From an uncultured Alphaproteobacteria bacterium (lineage in GTDB: Bacteria; Electryoneota; RPQS01; DYHQ01): 62,843 bases of DNA. Positions 9,233 through 19,896 of the stretch are shown in pieces (within the stretch, counting starts at the first letter, position 1; the number at the start of each line of letters is the position of its first letter). The stretch covers positions 1-62,843 of the forward strand of contig CAZJAD010000004.1 of assembly GCA_964543855.1 (NCBI GenBank), given 5' to 3'. Under the pieces are notes generated by a model that saw only the letters and a list, made by a program, of their open reading frames with translations, searched no databases and had not been told where the DNA came from. The position numbers and the translations under genes are program-made.

Positions 9233-10811
9233 ACTCGACGGCTCGGAATTCGCGCACCACAGTCACGCGAATCTGCCCCGGGTATTCCATTTCTCCCTGA
9301 ATGCGCTCCGCGATATCGTTGGCCAGACTCTCTGCGCCCGCGTCGTTTACCTTCTCCGGTTCGACAATGACACGAATCTCGCGGCCCGCCTGCACGGCGA
9401 AGCATTTCTGCACGCCGGGGAACGAATTCGTCAACTCTTCGAGCTTCTCCAACCGCTGAATGTACGCCTCGAGCGTCTCGCGGCGGGCGCCCGGTCGACT
9501 GCTGGAGACTGCGTCACACGCTTGAATCAGCACACCGATGAGCGAGGTGGATTCGACATCACCATGATGCGAAGCGATGGCATTCTGCACGACCTTCGGC
9601 TCGCGATACTTCTTCGCTAACTCCAGCCCGATCGTCACATGAGTGCCTTCCGTGTAACGATCCATGGCTTTGCCGATATCGTGAAACAACCCGGCGCGTT
9701 TGGCCATTTTCGCGTCGAGTCCGAGTTGGGCAGCCATCAGGCCCGCCAGGTGCGCTACTTCAACCGAGTGCTGCAGACAGTTCTGCCCATAACTGGTTCG
9801 ATATTTCAGATGCCCCAGGAGCTTTGTAAGTTCTCCGTGTGCGCCGACCACTCCAACTTCCAGAGCCGCGTTCTCTCCCGCCTCAATGAGCTCTTCGTCC
9901 AACTCCTTCTCGCACTTCTTGACAAGTTCTTCGATGCGAGCCGGGTGGATACGACCGTCTGATATCAACTTCTCGAGGGCTCGTCGCGCAATCTCGCGCC
10001 GAAGCGGGTCGAATGCCGAGATGATAACGGCCTCGGGTGTGTCGTCCACAATAATATCCACGCCGGTGGCCTGTTCGAAGGCTCGGATGTTCCGGCCCTC
10101 GCGTCCAATAATGCGGCCTTTGATCTCGTCACTCGGGAGATTCACGACCGAGACGGTCGTCTCCACGGAATGATCGGCAGCGGTTCGCTGAATCGCCGAA
10201 ACGATAATCTCCTTCGCTTCGCGGTTTGCCTGCTGGCGTGCTCGGTCTCGCAATTCCCGCACCATTTCCGAGGTTTGCTCCCGGGCTTTCTCGAGGAGGT
10301 AGTCCTTGAGTTCGCTCAACGCCTCCTCTTGGGTCATCTGGCTAACGCGCTCCAGAGCCGCTTTCTGCTCCTCCACCAAGGTATCGATCACTGCTTCCTT
10401 TTCCGTGACCGTCTTCTCGCGCTGACCTAATTGCTGTTGGAGTTTGTCCAACTCCTTGCCTCGTCGTTCAGCCGTTTCGATGCGGTTTTTCAAATTGGCT
10501 TCCCGGTCCCGAATACTCCGGTCTGACCGGGCGATGTCATCGAGCTTCTGGCGATGTTCCGCGTCGTGCTTGCCTTTCAGACGAATCTGTTCGTCTTTCA
10601 ACTCGAGCAGCTTCTCGCGGAACATGGTCTCGGCTTCCTTCTGAGCATCGGCGACGATTCGGTCAGCATCTCGCTGCGCCCGAAGGTAGCGCCCCCGCTC
10701 AAGTTGCCGTCCGATGAACCATCCGAGCAGGAAAACAACGATGAGCGCTGCCGCTGTCAGAACCGCTACAATGACTAAGTTGTCGCCAAGGTTTTCCATA
10801 CTGATCTCCAT
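9222..10811 (-). CDS. rny: ribonuclease Y
   Basis: 529 aa: N-terminal TM helix, long coiled coil, KH region ([17 protein letters not shown]) and HD domain ([10 protein letters not shown]...LFHDIGKA). GGAGG precedes the ATG. Confidence 0.95.
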   Translation of the reverse strand: MEISMENLGDNLVIVAVLTAAALIVVFLLGWFIGRQLERGRYLRAQRDADRIVADAQKEAETMFREKLLELKDEQIRLKGKHDAEHRQKLDDIARSDRSIRDREANLKNRIETAERRGKELDKLQQQLGQREKTVTEKEAVIDTLVEEQKAALERVSQMTQEEALSELKDYLLEKAREQTSEMVRELRDRARQQANREAKEIIVSAIQRTAADHSVETTVSVVNLPSDEIKGRIIGREGRNIRAFEQATGVDIIVDDTPEAVIISAFDPLRREIARRALEKLISDGRIHPARIEELVKKCEKELDEELIEAGENAALEVGVVGAHGELTKLLGHLKYRTSYGQNCLQHSVEVAHLAGLMAAQLGLDAKMAKRAGLFHDIGKAMDRYTEGTHVTIGLELAKKYREPKVVQNAIASHHGDVESTSLIGVLIQACDAVSSSRPGARRETLEAYIQRLEKLEELTNSFPGVQKCFAVQAGREIRVIVEPEKVNDAGAESLANDIAERIQGEMEYPGQIRVTVVREFRAVEFAK

Positions 10812-11098
10812 TCCTCCCCAAAAAACAATCCCTGCATGGCGCGGCGTTGTACCAAGAACCTGGTACGATACGGTGGGTGCCCTCCTGTACGGTTCTCGCT
10901 TCCACTATCCGATCCGGCAATTGCCCGACCGGAATCCACCCCAGAGGGATGGATTCAGGCTTGCGATAGACGCCAGAGATGAGCTCCCATGCTTTTTCTC
11001 TGTTGGTTCTTAAAAGCCTGGCTCAAGCAGGGATGTTTTTCAAATCCTGCATGGGGTCTTTTGTCAACGGTCTCTCGTGTCTATAGGTCCTCCGTAGA

Positions 11099-11413
11099 TT
11101 ACCGGGACGACGGGACAGGCTCTTCGACTAATCCCTGGTTCAAACTGTCGGCAAATTCTCGGGCCTTATCTTCAAATTGCGCAATGAGTTCTTCTTTTCC
11201 CCGCTTGGAGGTCAAGAGCTCATCCGCCAGATTCAGAGCCGTCAGTATAGCGATTGTGAGCGGTGGCTTGGAGGATTGCGCCGCATGGGTTTCGCGCATG
11301 CGCGCATTCACAAAAGCCGCCACCTCGCGAATATAGTCTGCGTCTACACCACCCTTGATGGTGTATTCCTGCCCGAAAACGGTCACACGAACCGTCTTAT
11401 CCCGATCATCCAT
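11099..11413 (-). CDS. zapA: cell division protein ZapA
   Basis: 104 aa with VRVTVFGQEYTIKGGVDADYIREVAAFVNARMRE...LTIAILTALNLADEL, typical of ZapA. Confidence 0.85.
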   Translation of the reverse strand: MDDRDKTVRVTVFGQEYTIKGGVDADYIREVAAFVNARMRETHAAQSSKPPLTIAILTALNLADELLTSKRGKEELIAQFEDKAREFADSLNQGLVEEPVPSSR

Positions 11414-11466
11414 GGACCGGACCCGATTTCCCGGGCATGCACCGAAAAACCCTGGCTCGACCGCTC

Positions 11467-11724
11467 TTAGGCAGCCTCCAAACGGGTGAGAAGCTCAACC
11501 ACCTTCTGGCGGATGCGCTCCTCCTTGTCTCCATCACGCTGGTTCTGTGCCAGCTTATCCCGCTGACGGCCTACATCCTCGAGCTTGTCGATGGCCTCTT
11601 TGTAGCGAGCTTCCCACTCCTGCACCTGTGTGCGGAGCTCATCGTTTTCTGAACGCAATCGGTTCAGTTTATCAAGAACTTGGTTGACCTTCTGCTCGAG
11701 ACTATCGAAAGCCTGGGTATCCAC
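11467..11724 (-). CDS. zapB: ZapB-like coiled-coil cell division protein
   Basis: 85-aa all-coiled-coil protein. FDSLEQKVNQVLDKLNRLRSENDELRTQ parallels the ZapB N-terminus. It lies immediately upstream of zapA. Confidence 0.6.
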   Translation of the reverse strand: MDTQAFDSLEQKVNQVLDKLNRLRSENDELRTQVQEWEARYKEAIDKLEDVGRQRDKLAQNQRDGDKEERIRQKVVELLTRLEAA

Positions 11725-11820
11725 GGCGTCGTCTGCCCTTCCTGACTTGATGTTGAAAGTGCGTCTTGCTGTGGCTATCCCCGTTGCCAGGCTTGTGTTT
11801 TGACGGGGAGTCCCCGAAAA

Positions 11821-14205
11821 TCAGCGCCGCACTGCTTGATATTTCTCCTTTAGACCCGTTACGATTCGTTCAACGCGCTCATCCACCTCGTCAGCCGTCA
11901 GAGTCCGATCTGGATGAAGGAATTCGAGATGGAAAGCCAGACTCTTCAAACCGGTCCCTACCTGCTTACCCCGATACAAGTCAAAGAGTTCCACATGCTT
12001 GAGGTTTTCGCCCCCGAGGTTCTGGATGGCCGCCACCAACTCCCCCGCCGTCACGGCCTCATCCACGACCAGCGCAACATCCCGAACGACGCCGGGAAAG
12101 CGCGGAACCGGTTGAATCTTGCGCTCCGCCTGAACATGCCTGAGAAGCGCTTCGATTGAGAATTCGAAGTAGACGACCTCGGCATCAATCTCTCGAGCCG
12201 CCATGTCTGTACGGCTCCAGACCCCCAGTTCGCCGAGGACCTCTTCTCCCACTTTCAAAGCCCCCCTCAGGCTCCCCCCGGCAGATTCATCATAGCAAAA
12301 AATCTCGTAATTGTCAAGGGAAATCTTGCGACAAACCGAATCCACGACACCCTTTAACTCGAAGAAGCCCGTAGGCTTAGGTGGGTCAGCCCAGCCCGGA
12401 GGATGGACCGTTCCAGTCAGAACACCGGCGAGGGTCAGCCGCTCCCAGGTCCGAGGATCATCGGGTTCGCCCTTGCGGAAAGTCCGCGCCATCTCGAAGA
12501 GGCGGAGGCTTCGGTCTCCTCGTTGCCAGTTCGCCGCCGCCGCCTGAACGAGGTCTTTCAGGAGGCTGCTCTGGAGATGGGTCATGTCATCCGTGACCGG
12601 ATTGGCAATGGCCACACTGGGAGGACTGTCCTCTGCCGCATCCCCGGTCTCCGGCTTCCCCATCGACACGCTCTGGATCTCCAGAAATCCCAAGTTGACG
12701 AGGGCGTCAGCGCTCCTGTCCGCCAGCTCCGAAAGCGGATCGCGCCAGGCCCGCAGCGGCACACGGCTGGTAATGGCCACCGGGATCGTGTCGTAACCGT
12801 GAAGACGGATCACTTCCTCGATCAGGTCGACCTCCCGGGTCAAGTCGGGCCGAAAAGTCGGCGGTGTGACGACCCAGGTTTCTGAACCCGCTTCTACTTT
12901 GCAGCCCAGACCAGTGAGTATCTGCTCGGATGCCTTGTCCGGAATATCCACTCCCACAAGGTAGCGAGCCCGCGATGGTCGGAAGACAATCGGCTCGGGT
13001 TCTATGGGCTCCGGGTATTCGTCCACAATCCCTCGATACACTCTGCCACCGCTGAGCTGAGCCATCAGAGCCGCCGTTCGGTTGATCACTCGCGGAACAC
13101 CATTGGGGTCCACACCGCGCTCGAAGCGGCGCGAAGAGTCCGTGGTGATTCCCAGCGATTTCGATGTGCGTCGAATGGATACGGGATCGAAATAGGCACA
13201 TTCGATGAGAACATCGCCCGTTGACTCGGTTATCTCGCTGTTCAGCCCGCCCATGACACCGGCCAGCGCCACACCTTTGCGCGCATCGCAAATGAGGAGT
13301 GTATCCGTGCGCAGCGACCGCTCCTCTCCATCCAAGGTCACGAAGGACTCGCCAAGCCGAGCGCAGCGCACGCGTATTTCCGCGCCCTGCAGAAATGCAT
13401 AGTCGAAAGCGTGGAGGGGATGGCCAAGCTCCAGCATGACATAGTTCGTGACATCGACGATATTGCTGATGGGCCTCAGGCCACAACGGGAGAGTCGAAG
13501 TCGCATCGCAAATGGCGCAGGTTTGATGGCCACGCCTTCCACGAACCGCGCGCCATATCGCGGGCAACCGTTCGGGTCCTCCAAGATAACATGAATGCGC
13601 TCGGAGGTCGGAGTCTCCAGCTCTGTCAAGTCTATCTCAGGTTCGCGAAGCGGCATGCGCAGCTTCGCGGCAAGATCCCGCGCGACACCAAAGTGGGACA
13701 TGAAATCGGGGCGATTGGGTGTTACTTCGGCATCGAAGACCGTGTCCTCGGGGATAGCAAGACTCGCCAAGGGCGTACCGAGCGACCAGTCCGGGTTTCC
13801 TTCAAGAACGCCTGCTCCATCCGGCGACAAACCGATCTCGGCTTCCGACACGAGCATGCCGCGCGACTCGTGACCGCGCATGCTCGCAATCCGTATCTCT
13901 CTGCCGTCCGGCATGATCGCGCTGGGCAGAGCCACCGCCACGATCATCTGCTCGCGCACATTGGGCGCACCACAGATGATCGGAAGCACCTCGCCACCCA
14001 CATCCACTCTGGTCCGCTTCAGCGTGTCCGATCCCTCGAGGGGCAGACATTCGACGACCCGACCGATAACGATCTTGTCCAAGCTGCCGCGGTAGTGAGT
14101 CGTGGACTCCACTTCAAGCCCCAGCCAGGTGAGGAGTTCCGCCGTCTCCTCCGGACCGATGGACAGATCGACAAAATCCTTGAGCCACTCGTATGAGATG
14201 AGCAT
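11821..14205 (-). CDS. pheT: phenylalanine--tRNA ligase beta subunit
   Basis: 794 aa with MLISYEWLKDFVDL start, tRNA-binding, B3/4, B5 and FDX-ACB-like C-terminal regions. It follows pheS. Confidence 0.95.
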   Translation of the reverse strand: MLISYEWLKDFVDLSIGPEETAELLTWLGLEVESTTHYRGSLDKIVIGRVVECLPLEGSDTLKRTRVDVGGEVLPIICGAPNVREQMIVAVALPSAIMPDGREIRIASMRGHESRGMLVSEAEIGLSPDGAGVLEGNPDWSLGTPLASLAIPEDTVFDAEVTPNRPDFMSHFGVARDLAAKLRMPLREPEIDLTELETPTSERIHVILEDPNGCPRYGARFVEGVAIKPAPFAMRLRLSRCGLRPISNIVDVTNYVMLELGHPLHAFDYAFLQGAEIRVRCARLGESFVTLDGEERSLRTDTLLICDARKGVALAGVMGGLNSEITESTGDVLIECAYFDPVSIRRTSKSLGITTDSSRRFERGVDPNGVPRVINRTAALMAQLSGGRVYRGIVDEYPEPIEPEPIVFRPSRARYLVGVDIPDKASEQILTGLGCKVEAGSETWVVTPPTFRPDLTREVDLIEEVIRLHGYDTIPVAITSRVPLRAWRDPLSELADRSADALVNLGFLEIQSVSMGKPETGDAAEDSPPSVAIANPVTDDMTHLQSSLLKDLVQAAAANWQRGDRSLRLFEMARTFRKGEPDDPRTWERLTLAGVLTGTVHPPGWADPPKPTGFFELKGVVDSVCRKISLDNYEIFCYDESAGGSLRGALKVGEEVLGELGVWSRTDMAAREIDAEVVYFEFSIEALLRHVQAERKIQPVPRFPGVVRDVALVVDEAVTAGELVAAIQNLGGENLKHVELFDLYRGKQVGTGLKSLAFHLEFLHPDRTLTADEVDERVERIVTGLKEKYQAVRR

Positions 14206-14216
14206 AAAGCAGCCGC

Positions 14217-15227
14217 CTAAATGAATTGCCTCAGGAACCGGGTGTCGACATCATAGACGCCACGGATGTTGTCAATTCCATAGAGGAACATGACCACGCG
14301 TTCGATGCCTAATCCAAAAGCCCAGCCGGTGTATTTCTCGCTGTCGTAGCCGACCCCGTCCAGCACATTGGGGTCGACCATGCCCGAGCCTCCCATTTCA
14401 ATCCACCCGGTGTTCTTGCAGACGCGACATCCCTTTCCGCCGCAGAAGAGGCAGGTCACATCGACTTCCGCCGATGGCTCGGTGAACGGGAAGAAGTGCG
14501 GGCGGAAACGAACCGCCGTCTGCTCTCCGAAAAGGGTGCGGTAGAATGCAACCAAAGTGCCTTTGAGGTCAGCCATGTTCACCCCGACATCCACATAGAG
14601 TCCTTCCACTTGATGGAACATCGGTGAATGTGTGGCGTCGGGTTTGTCCCGGCGATAAACGCGCCCCGGCGCGATGATACGCACCGGCGGTTGCATCTGC
14701 TCCATGACGCGAATCTGAACCGGGGAAGTCTCCGTACGCAAGACGAAGCCATTGGGAAGGTAGAGCGTGTCCGTTTCATCTCGAGACGGATGCCAGGGGG
14801 GCGTGTTCAGCGCATCGAAGTTGTAGTAGACGGTTTCAATCTCAGGCCCGCGGGCAACGGCGAATCCCATCTGCCGAAAGATACTGACGATTTTCCGCGT
14901 CACAATGGTCAAGGGATGGAGCGCACCCAGATGCGGCTTGCGGCCCGGCATCGTCGTGTCGATTCGAACCGCTTTCGTCTTCCGGGCATACTTCCCTACG
15001 GCGGTGTCGGCAATTGCCTGCAGCTCCGAGCGCAAACGATTCAACGCCTGACCTGCTTCGGGTCGGTCTTCGGCAGGAAGCTGCTGCATCCGCTTGAACA
15101 GGTCAGCGATCAGACCCTTGCGGCCGAGATACTTGAACTTCGCGGTCTCAGCCTCGCCCAAGGTCTTCGCCTCGCTGAGCTCTCGGATCGCCTGTTGCCG
15201 AATCTGCTCTATTTGCTCAAGCATCAC
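14217..15227 (-). CDS. pheS: phenylalanine--tRNA ligase alpha subunit
   Basis: 336 aa with class II aaRS motifs: HPL...FRQMGF, RVYRRD..DATHSPMFHQVEG, FPFTEPS, GMVDPNVL, GWAFGLGIERV. Confidence 0.95.
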   Translation of the reverse strand: MMLEQIEQIRQQAIRELSEAKTLGEAETAKFKYLGRKGLIADLFKRMQQLPAEDRPEAGQALNRLRSELQAIADTAVGKYARKTKAVRIDTTMPGRKPHLGALHPLTIVTRKIVSIFRQMGFAVARGPEIETVYYNFDALNTPPWHPSRDETDTLYLPNGFVLRTETSPVQIRVMEQMQPPVRIIAPGRVYRRDKPDATHSPMFHQVEGLYVDVGVNMADLKGTLVAFYRTLFGEQTAVRFRPHFFPFTEPSAEVDVTCLFCGGKGCRVCKNTGWIEMGGSGMVDPNVLDGVGYDSEKYTGWAFGLGIERVVMFLYGIDNIRGVYDVDTRFLRQFI

Positions 15228-15379
15228 GCTCGCCTTTCGCAGTGGTAGAAAGAGAGAGAGCGACAGTCCCCCTGAATCACGGGGAGTCGCTCGAAAGGCA
15301 CGGTAACTCCCGTTTCACCGTTCAGGTGATCAGGTCCTCCCCGACGCTGTGGGATATAAATCCCAAATCCATCTCTCCG

Positions 15380-15733
15380 TCAGTTGATCTGAGCCGCCTG
15401 CCGCGCCAATTCGCCAAAGGCTTCGGGATCGCGAACGGCCAAATCGGCCAATTGCCTCCGGTCGAGCTGGATCGGCATCTTGCTCAGGCGGTTCATGAAC
15501 ACGGAATAACTGAGGCCGTGGGCTCGCGCGGCTGCATTGATCCGCACAATCCAGAGGCGACGGAAGTCGCGCTTCTTGCGCCGTCGGTCGCGATAGGCAT
15601 TGGTCCACGCCTTCTCGACCGTCTCCGTGGCTATTCTGAAAAGGTTTCGGCGTCGGCCGCGATAGCCTTTGGCCGCTTTGAGAATCTTATTGCGTCGTCG
15701 TCGTGTAGCGGGACCGCTTGTTGCTCGTGGCAT
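15380..15733 (-). CDS. rplT: 50S ribosomal protein L20
   Basis: 117 aa: [28 protein letters not shown]...[25 protein letters not shown]. Confidence 0.96.
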   Translation of the reverse strand: MPRATSGPATRRRRNKILKAAKGYRGRRRNLFRIATETVEKAWTNAYRDRRRKKRDFRRLWIVRINAAARAHGLSYSVFMNRLSKMPIQLDRRQLADLAVRDPEAFGELARQAAQIN

Positions 15734-15784
15734 AGCCGCTACGTCTCCTTTCTGTAATTCTCTACGCTCTCCAATCCGGAACCG

Positions 15785-15982
15785 TTATTCACCCGGCAGC
15801 ATGCGCGCGACTTGGCGCACGTTGGCTCCGTCCACCAAGGCGCTCTTGCCGAGATGGCGTTTCCGTTTCCGACTCTTCTTCGTCAGGATATGACTCTTGA
15901 AGGCGTGATTTCGTTTGAGTTTTCCGGTGCCGCTCCGTTTGAATCTTTTCGCGGCAGACCGTCTTGTCTTCATTTTCGGCAT
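15785..15982 (-). CDS. rpmI: 50S ribosomal protein L35
   Basis: 65 aa: [37 protein letters not shown]. Confidence 0.96.
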   Translation of the reverse strand: MPKMKTRRSAAKRFKRSGTGKLKRNHAFKSHILTKKSRKRKRHLGKSALVDGANVRQVARMLPGE

Positions 15983-16050
15983 GTTTCAGAAACCGTCTTT
16001 CTGCGACAACCCATCCAAGGAGCGAGTTGTGCTGTTATCGTTCAAGCAGA

Positions 16051-16596
16051 TTACTTCTTGGTAAAGATCATAACCATGTGACGAGGGCCTTCCATCTTGG
16101 CGGGTCCTTCGGCTTTCGCCAGATCACCGACAGCTTCCGTAAAACGCTCAAGCATCTGGCTGCCAAACTCCCGGTGCGCCACCAATCTCCCACGAAAAAC
16201 GATCGTCACTTTGACCTTGGCACCATCTTCCAGGAATTCCTTCGCCCGCCGCACCTTTGTATCGAAATCGTGGTCGTCAATGAGCGGGGTGAACCGAATT
16301 CCTTTCATGACCAAAGTATGTTGCTTTTTCCGTGCCTCGCGCTCCCTCCTGGATATCTCGTACTTATATTTTCCGAAGTCCAGAATGCGGCAGACAGGTG
16401 GGTCGGCTGTTGGAGCGACCTCCACAAGATCCAGCTCCCGGTCACGGGCAACCTCCAGGGCCTTTTGGGGAGCCATGATCCCGAGTTGTTCGCCGTCCAT
16501 GTCAATCAGGCGGACGAGGGGGGCGCGGATTCGCTCATTGACCCGAACAGCCGGTGTTCTTCGCTTCTCTTTTGGGCCCGTAAAACCTCCAGACAT
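16051..16596 (-). CDS. infC: translation initiation factor IF-3
   Basis: 181 aa with RVNERIRAPLVRLIDMDGEQLGIM...ALEVARDRELDLVEV...PVCRILDFGKYKYE. The exact start codon is uncertain, because IF-3 genes often use unusual starts. Confidence 0.92.
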   Translation of the reverse strand: MSGGFTGPKEKRRTPAVRVNERIRAPLVRLIDMDGEQLGIMAPQKALEVARDRELDLVEVAPTADPPVCRILDFGKYKYEISRREREARKKQHTLVMKGIRFTPLIDDHDFDTKVRRAKEFLEDGAKVKVTIVFRGRLVAHREFGSQMLERFTEAVGDLAKAEGPAKMEGPRHMVMIFTKK

Positions 16597-16608
16597 ACCT
16601 TGGGATGA

Positions 16609-18546
16609 CTAAGCCGCTTTTGCGCGGATCTCCACTTGCAGACGGTTCATAACTTCCTCCGGCGTCATCACGCCCAAATCACCCTTCTTTCGGCGGCGCA
16701 GCGCCACTTGTCCCGCTTCGACCTCGCGGGCCCCCACAACAGCCATGAAGGGAATCTTCTGTACCTCAGCTTCGCGGATCTTGTAGCCGATCTTCTCAGA
16801 GCGCTCGTCCACTTCGGTCCGCAATCCCCCGTCCGCAAACGCTTCCTTGACCGCTGCCGCATAGCTGTTTTGCTTATCCGTAATCGGAAGCACGATCAAC
16901 TGCACCGGTGCGAGCCAGAGAGGCAAGTCCCCGGCGTAATGTTCCAACAGAATCCCGACAAAGCGCTCCAGAGATCCCAAAATGGCTCGATGAATCATCA
17001 CCGGCGTGTGAGGCGCCCCGTCTGTTCCGATATACTCCAAGCCAAAACGCTCAGGCATCGAGAAATCGCATTGCACTGTTCCACATTGCCAGGTTCGATG
17101 GAGGGCGTCTCGAATGTGGAAGTCGATCTTTGGTCCGTAGAACGCACCTTCTCCCGGATTGACCCGGTGCTCCAATCCAAGAGAATCCAAGGCACGGGCC
17201 AAAGCCTCTTCTGCCAAATCCCACACCTCATCGGAGCCGATCCGGTCCCGAGGCCGCGTCGAGAGTTCGACCTCGTAGTCTTCAAAACCAAAATCACGGT
17301 AGATCTTTGAGATCAGCCTGCAGACTTTCTCGACCTCCTCTTGTACCTGTTCAGGCATCGCGAAAATATGGGCATCATCCATAGTGAAAGACCGCACGCG
17401 AAACAGACCATGCAGAACGCCCGATTTCTCATAGCGGTGAATGATCCCCATTTCGCTGAGCTTGATCGGAAGGTCACGGTAACTGACCTGATGCGACTTG
17501 TAAATCAGGAGGTGTCCCGGGCAGTTCATGGGTTTCACCGCATAGTCCTGCTTGTCCACCTCGCTGAAATACATGTTGGTCTGATAATGATCCCAGTGTC
17601 CGGAACGGCGCCACAAATCATCGGTGAGAATCAGTGGCGCTTGCACCTCCCGATAGCCGGCCTTGCGATGTTCTTCCCGCCAATACTGTTTTATCTCTTG
17701 GACAATCGCGAGTCCCTTCGGATGCCAGAAAGCCGCTCCCGGCGCCTCAGGATGGAAACTGAACAGATCAAGTTCCTTGCCGATTTTTCGGTGGTCGCGC
17801 TTCTTGGCTTCTTCAAGACGCCGCAGGTGCTCCTCCAAGAGCTCTTTCGTGGGATACGCCGTCGCGTACAGGCGTTGGAGCATTTTGTTGCGCTCATCGC
17901 CGCGCCAGTAGGCTCCGGCCACGGAAAGAATCTTGAAATGCTTAATGCGGCCTGTTCGGTCGAGGTGCGGCCCTCGGCAGAGGTCGACGAAGTCTCCTTG
18001 CTCGTATACCGTCAGGTCGCCCTCTATGTCTTCGATAAGCTCGAGTTTGTAGTTCTCATGGAGTCTCTTGAAGAGGGCCAGACCTTCCTCGCGGCTCAGT
18101 TCCCGGCGCACGATTGGCAAATCGCGCTGAGCAATCTCAGCCATCTTCTCTTCGATTCGAGGAAAATCCTCCTGAGTGAACACATGCTCGGAATCAATGT
18201 CGTAATAGAAACCGTCGTAAATGGGAGGCCCGATCGCAAGCTGGACATCCGGCCAGAGCTCTTTGACCGCGTGAGCCATCAGGTGCGCCGCCGAATGCCA
18301 ATAGGCGTGGCGGCCTTCCTCGTCGTCGAAGGTCAGCCAGCGGAATTCTCCGCCATCGCTCAGCGGTCGCCCAAGCTCCCAGACCCGGCCATCCAACTGC
18401 GCAGCCAGTACATCGGCTGGCGCCTCAACACGACCATTCAGGAGCAAATGCGCCGGTGTTGTTCCCGGAGCGGCCTTGACGACCTGTCCACCGGGAAATT
18501 TCAGTTCCAGTTCCTTCATCATAATAGGCGACAGTCCACAGGGCAC
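16609..18546 (-). CDS. thrS: threonine--tRNA ligase
   Basis: 645 aa with TGS, editing, class II core (RVRSFTMDDAHIF, GAFYGPKIDF) and anticodon-binding domains. The true start may be the ATG pair at 18522/18519. Confidence 0.95.
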   Translation of the reverse strand: MPCGLSPIMMKELELKFPGGQVVKAAPGTTPAHLLLNGRVEAPADVLAAQLDGRVWELGRPLSDGGEFRWLTFDDEEGRHAYWHSAAHLMAHAVKELWPDVQLAIGPPIYDGFYYDIDSEHVFTQEDFPRIEEKMAEIAQRDLPIVRRELSREEGLALFKRLHENYKLELIEDIEGDLTVYEQGDFVDLCRGPHLDRTGRIKHFKILSVAGAYWRGDERNKMLQRLYATAYPTKELLEEHLRRLEEAKKRDHRKIGKELDLFSFHPEAPGAAFWHPKGLAIVQEIKQYWREEHRKAGYREVQAPLILTDDLWRRSGHWDHYQTNMYFSEVDKQDYAVKPMNCPGHLLIYKSHQVSYRDLPIKLSEMGIIHRYEKSGVLHGLFRVRSFTMDDAHIFAMPEQVQEEVEKVCRLISKIYRDFGFEDYEVELSTRPRDRIGSDEVWDLAEEALARALDSLGLEHRVNPGEGAFYGPKIDFHIRDALHRTWQCGTVQCDFSMPERFGLEYIGTDGAPHTPVMIHRAILGSLERFVGILLEHYAGDLPLWLAPVQLIVLPITDKQNSYAAAVKEAFADGGLRTEVDERSEKIGYKIREAEVQKIPFMAVVGAREVEAGQVALRRRKKGDLGVMTPEEVMNRLQVEIRAKAA

Positions 18547-18602
18547 AGTCCGCAGTGCAAGGCGCCTATCCGTTTCCTGAGGACTGTCAATCTGTGGACT
18601 TC

Positions 18603-18680
<78 letters not shown>

Positions 18681-18736
18681 TCGACTTAAAACAGGTTCGG
18701 CAGGCCACTTTCATCTTTATGCGATTTTCTCAGATT

Positions 18737-19684
18737 CTAATGGGCGTCTTCTTCACGTAGCGCTGAAGTAGGATTCACCCCCCATTGTCCCTTCTCACTA
18801 GGTGTATAAGGAGCGGTTTCCTTTATCACCCTGGCTGTAATCTGTTTCTTGGAGATTTGATTAGTTATAGCTTCGTACTCAACGATGAATGTTATATCGC
18901 TAGTAACGTCACTGACCTTTTTCAGATTCGTGACTTCAAATCCTTTAAGAGTCTTAAAACTATACCAAGCTTCTAATACTCCTGCCGGGTCCTTTTCTTT
19001 ACTGGACCAAGTCTTCTGGGTACAACTCGCCATTCTGTCCCAATCTTGGTTTTTCCATGCAAGAATGTATTCAGCTAACGCACGTTCGGCTGAATTTTTC
19101 GGGAATTCAGAGGGCTGTTGGAAAGTGTAAGAAGGCGGCGTAACGGACATTTGAAGCTCCCTTTTCTCAACTAATTCCATTACTTTGAACGTACCTACTT
19201 CTTGGACAAGCTCTCCCCCAAGATGTTCTCCGTCTTTGCCAACAAGCTTTATGATTCTGTCAGATTGGCCACGAGGAGTAAATAATACTGATAGCTCATA
19301 GGGTCCTTTTTTGAATTCATCCCTTTGAGGGACTGCGAGTGTCGCCTCAAATTTGCCGTTAAATACAGTAATTTTCTTATCGACCCCGATGTATAAATCG
19401 GAACCAGATCTTCCCCATACGTTAAATCCTACATTTAGAGTAGCGCCGTCTGGCAAATCTGTATTGCCCGAAATTGAAACATTATTACCTGAGATGCCAA
19501 TATCTGTGATCGCTAAAGTCGAAAAGGGACCTTTGGCTACTTGTTGCTCTCGCTCCGTCGGTTTCTTTCCTTCTTCCGGTGCTGTTTCTTTTTTCGCTCG
19601 GCAACCACAAGTAATAACGATTATCATAGAAAGAACAAATATGCCGGTCCACCGTCTTTTCGACAATGTCTGTCGAGATTTCAC
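18737..19684 (-). CDS. hypothetical lipoprotein (AT-rich island gene)
   Basis: 315 aa with a signal peptide ending ..IIVITCGC (lipobox-like). No recognisable catalytic motif. Sampled 100-nt stretches count 35% and 44% GC, against 66% in thrS. Confidence 0.6.
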   Translation of the reverse strand: MKSRQTLSKRRWTGIFVLSMIIVITCGCRAKKETAPEEGKKPTEREQQVAKGPFSTLAITDIGISGNNVSISGNTDLPDGATLNVGFNVWGRSGSDLYIGVDKKITVFNGKFEATLAVPQRDEFKKGPYELSVLFTPRGQSDRIIKLVGKDGEHLGGELVQEVGTFKVMELVEKRELQMSVTPPSYTFQQPSEFPKNSAERALAEYILAWKNQDWDRMASCTQKTWSSKEKDPAGVLEAWYSFKTLKGFEVTNLKKVSDVTSDITFIVEYEAITNQISKKQITARVIKETAPYTPSEKGQWGVNPTSALREEDAH

Positions 19685-19784
19685 CTCATCTCTCCCATCT
19701 CTATGGTTCTGAAATTTGACAGAATCGAGCTAGTGACTTGATCGCCGAGCGAACTAGACGACTACCGAAAATTGGAGAATCTCA

Positions 19785-19877
19785 GGTGCCGGGGGCCGGA
19801 CTCGAACCGGCACGGGGCTTTTTGAAGGCCCCCAAGGATTTTAAGTCCCCTGCGTCTACCATTCCACCACCCCGGCA
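19785..19877 (-). tRNA. tRNA-Leu (anticodon UAA), long variable arm
   Basis: The reverse complement is GCCGGGGTGGTGGAATGGTAGACGCAGGGGACTTAAAATCCTTGGGGGCCTTCAAAAAGCCCCGTGCCGGTTCGAGTCCGGCCCCCGGCACC. Anticodon loop CTTAAAA, with a class II variable stem-loop. Confidence 0.9.
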
Positions 19878-19896
19878 AACCGGCCCGTTATCCCTG

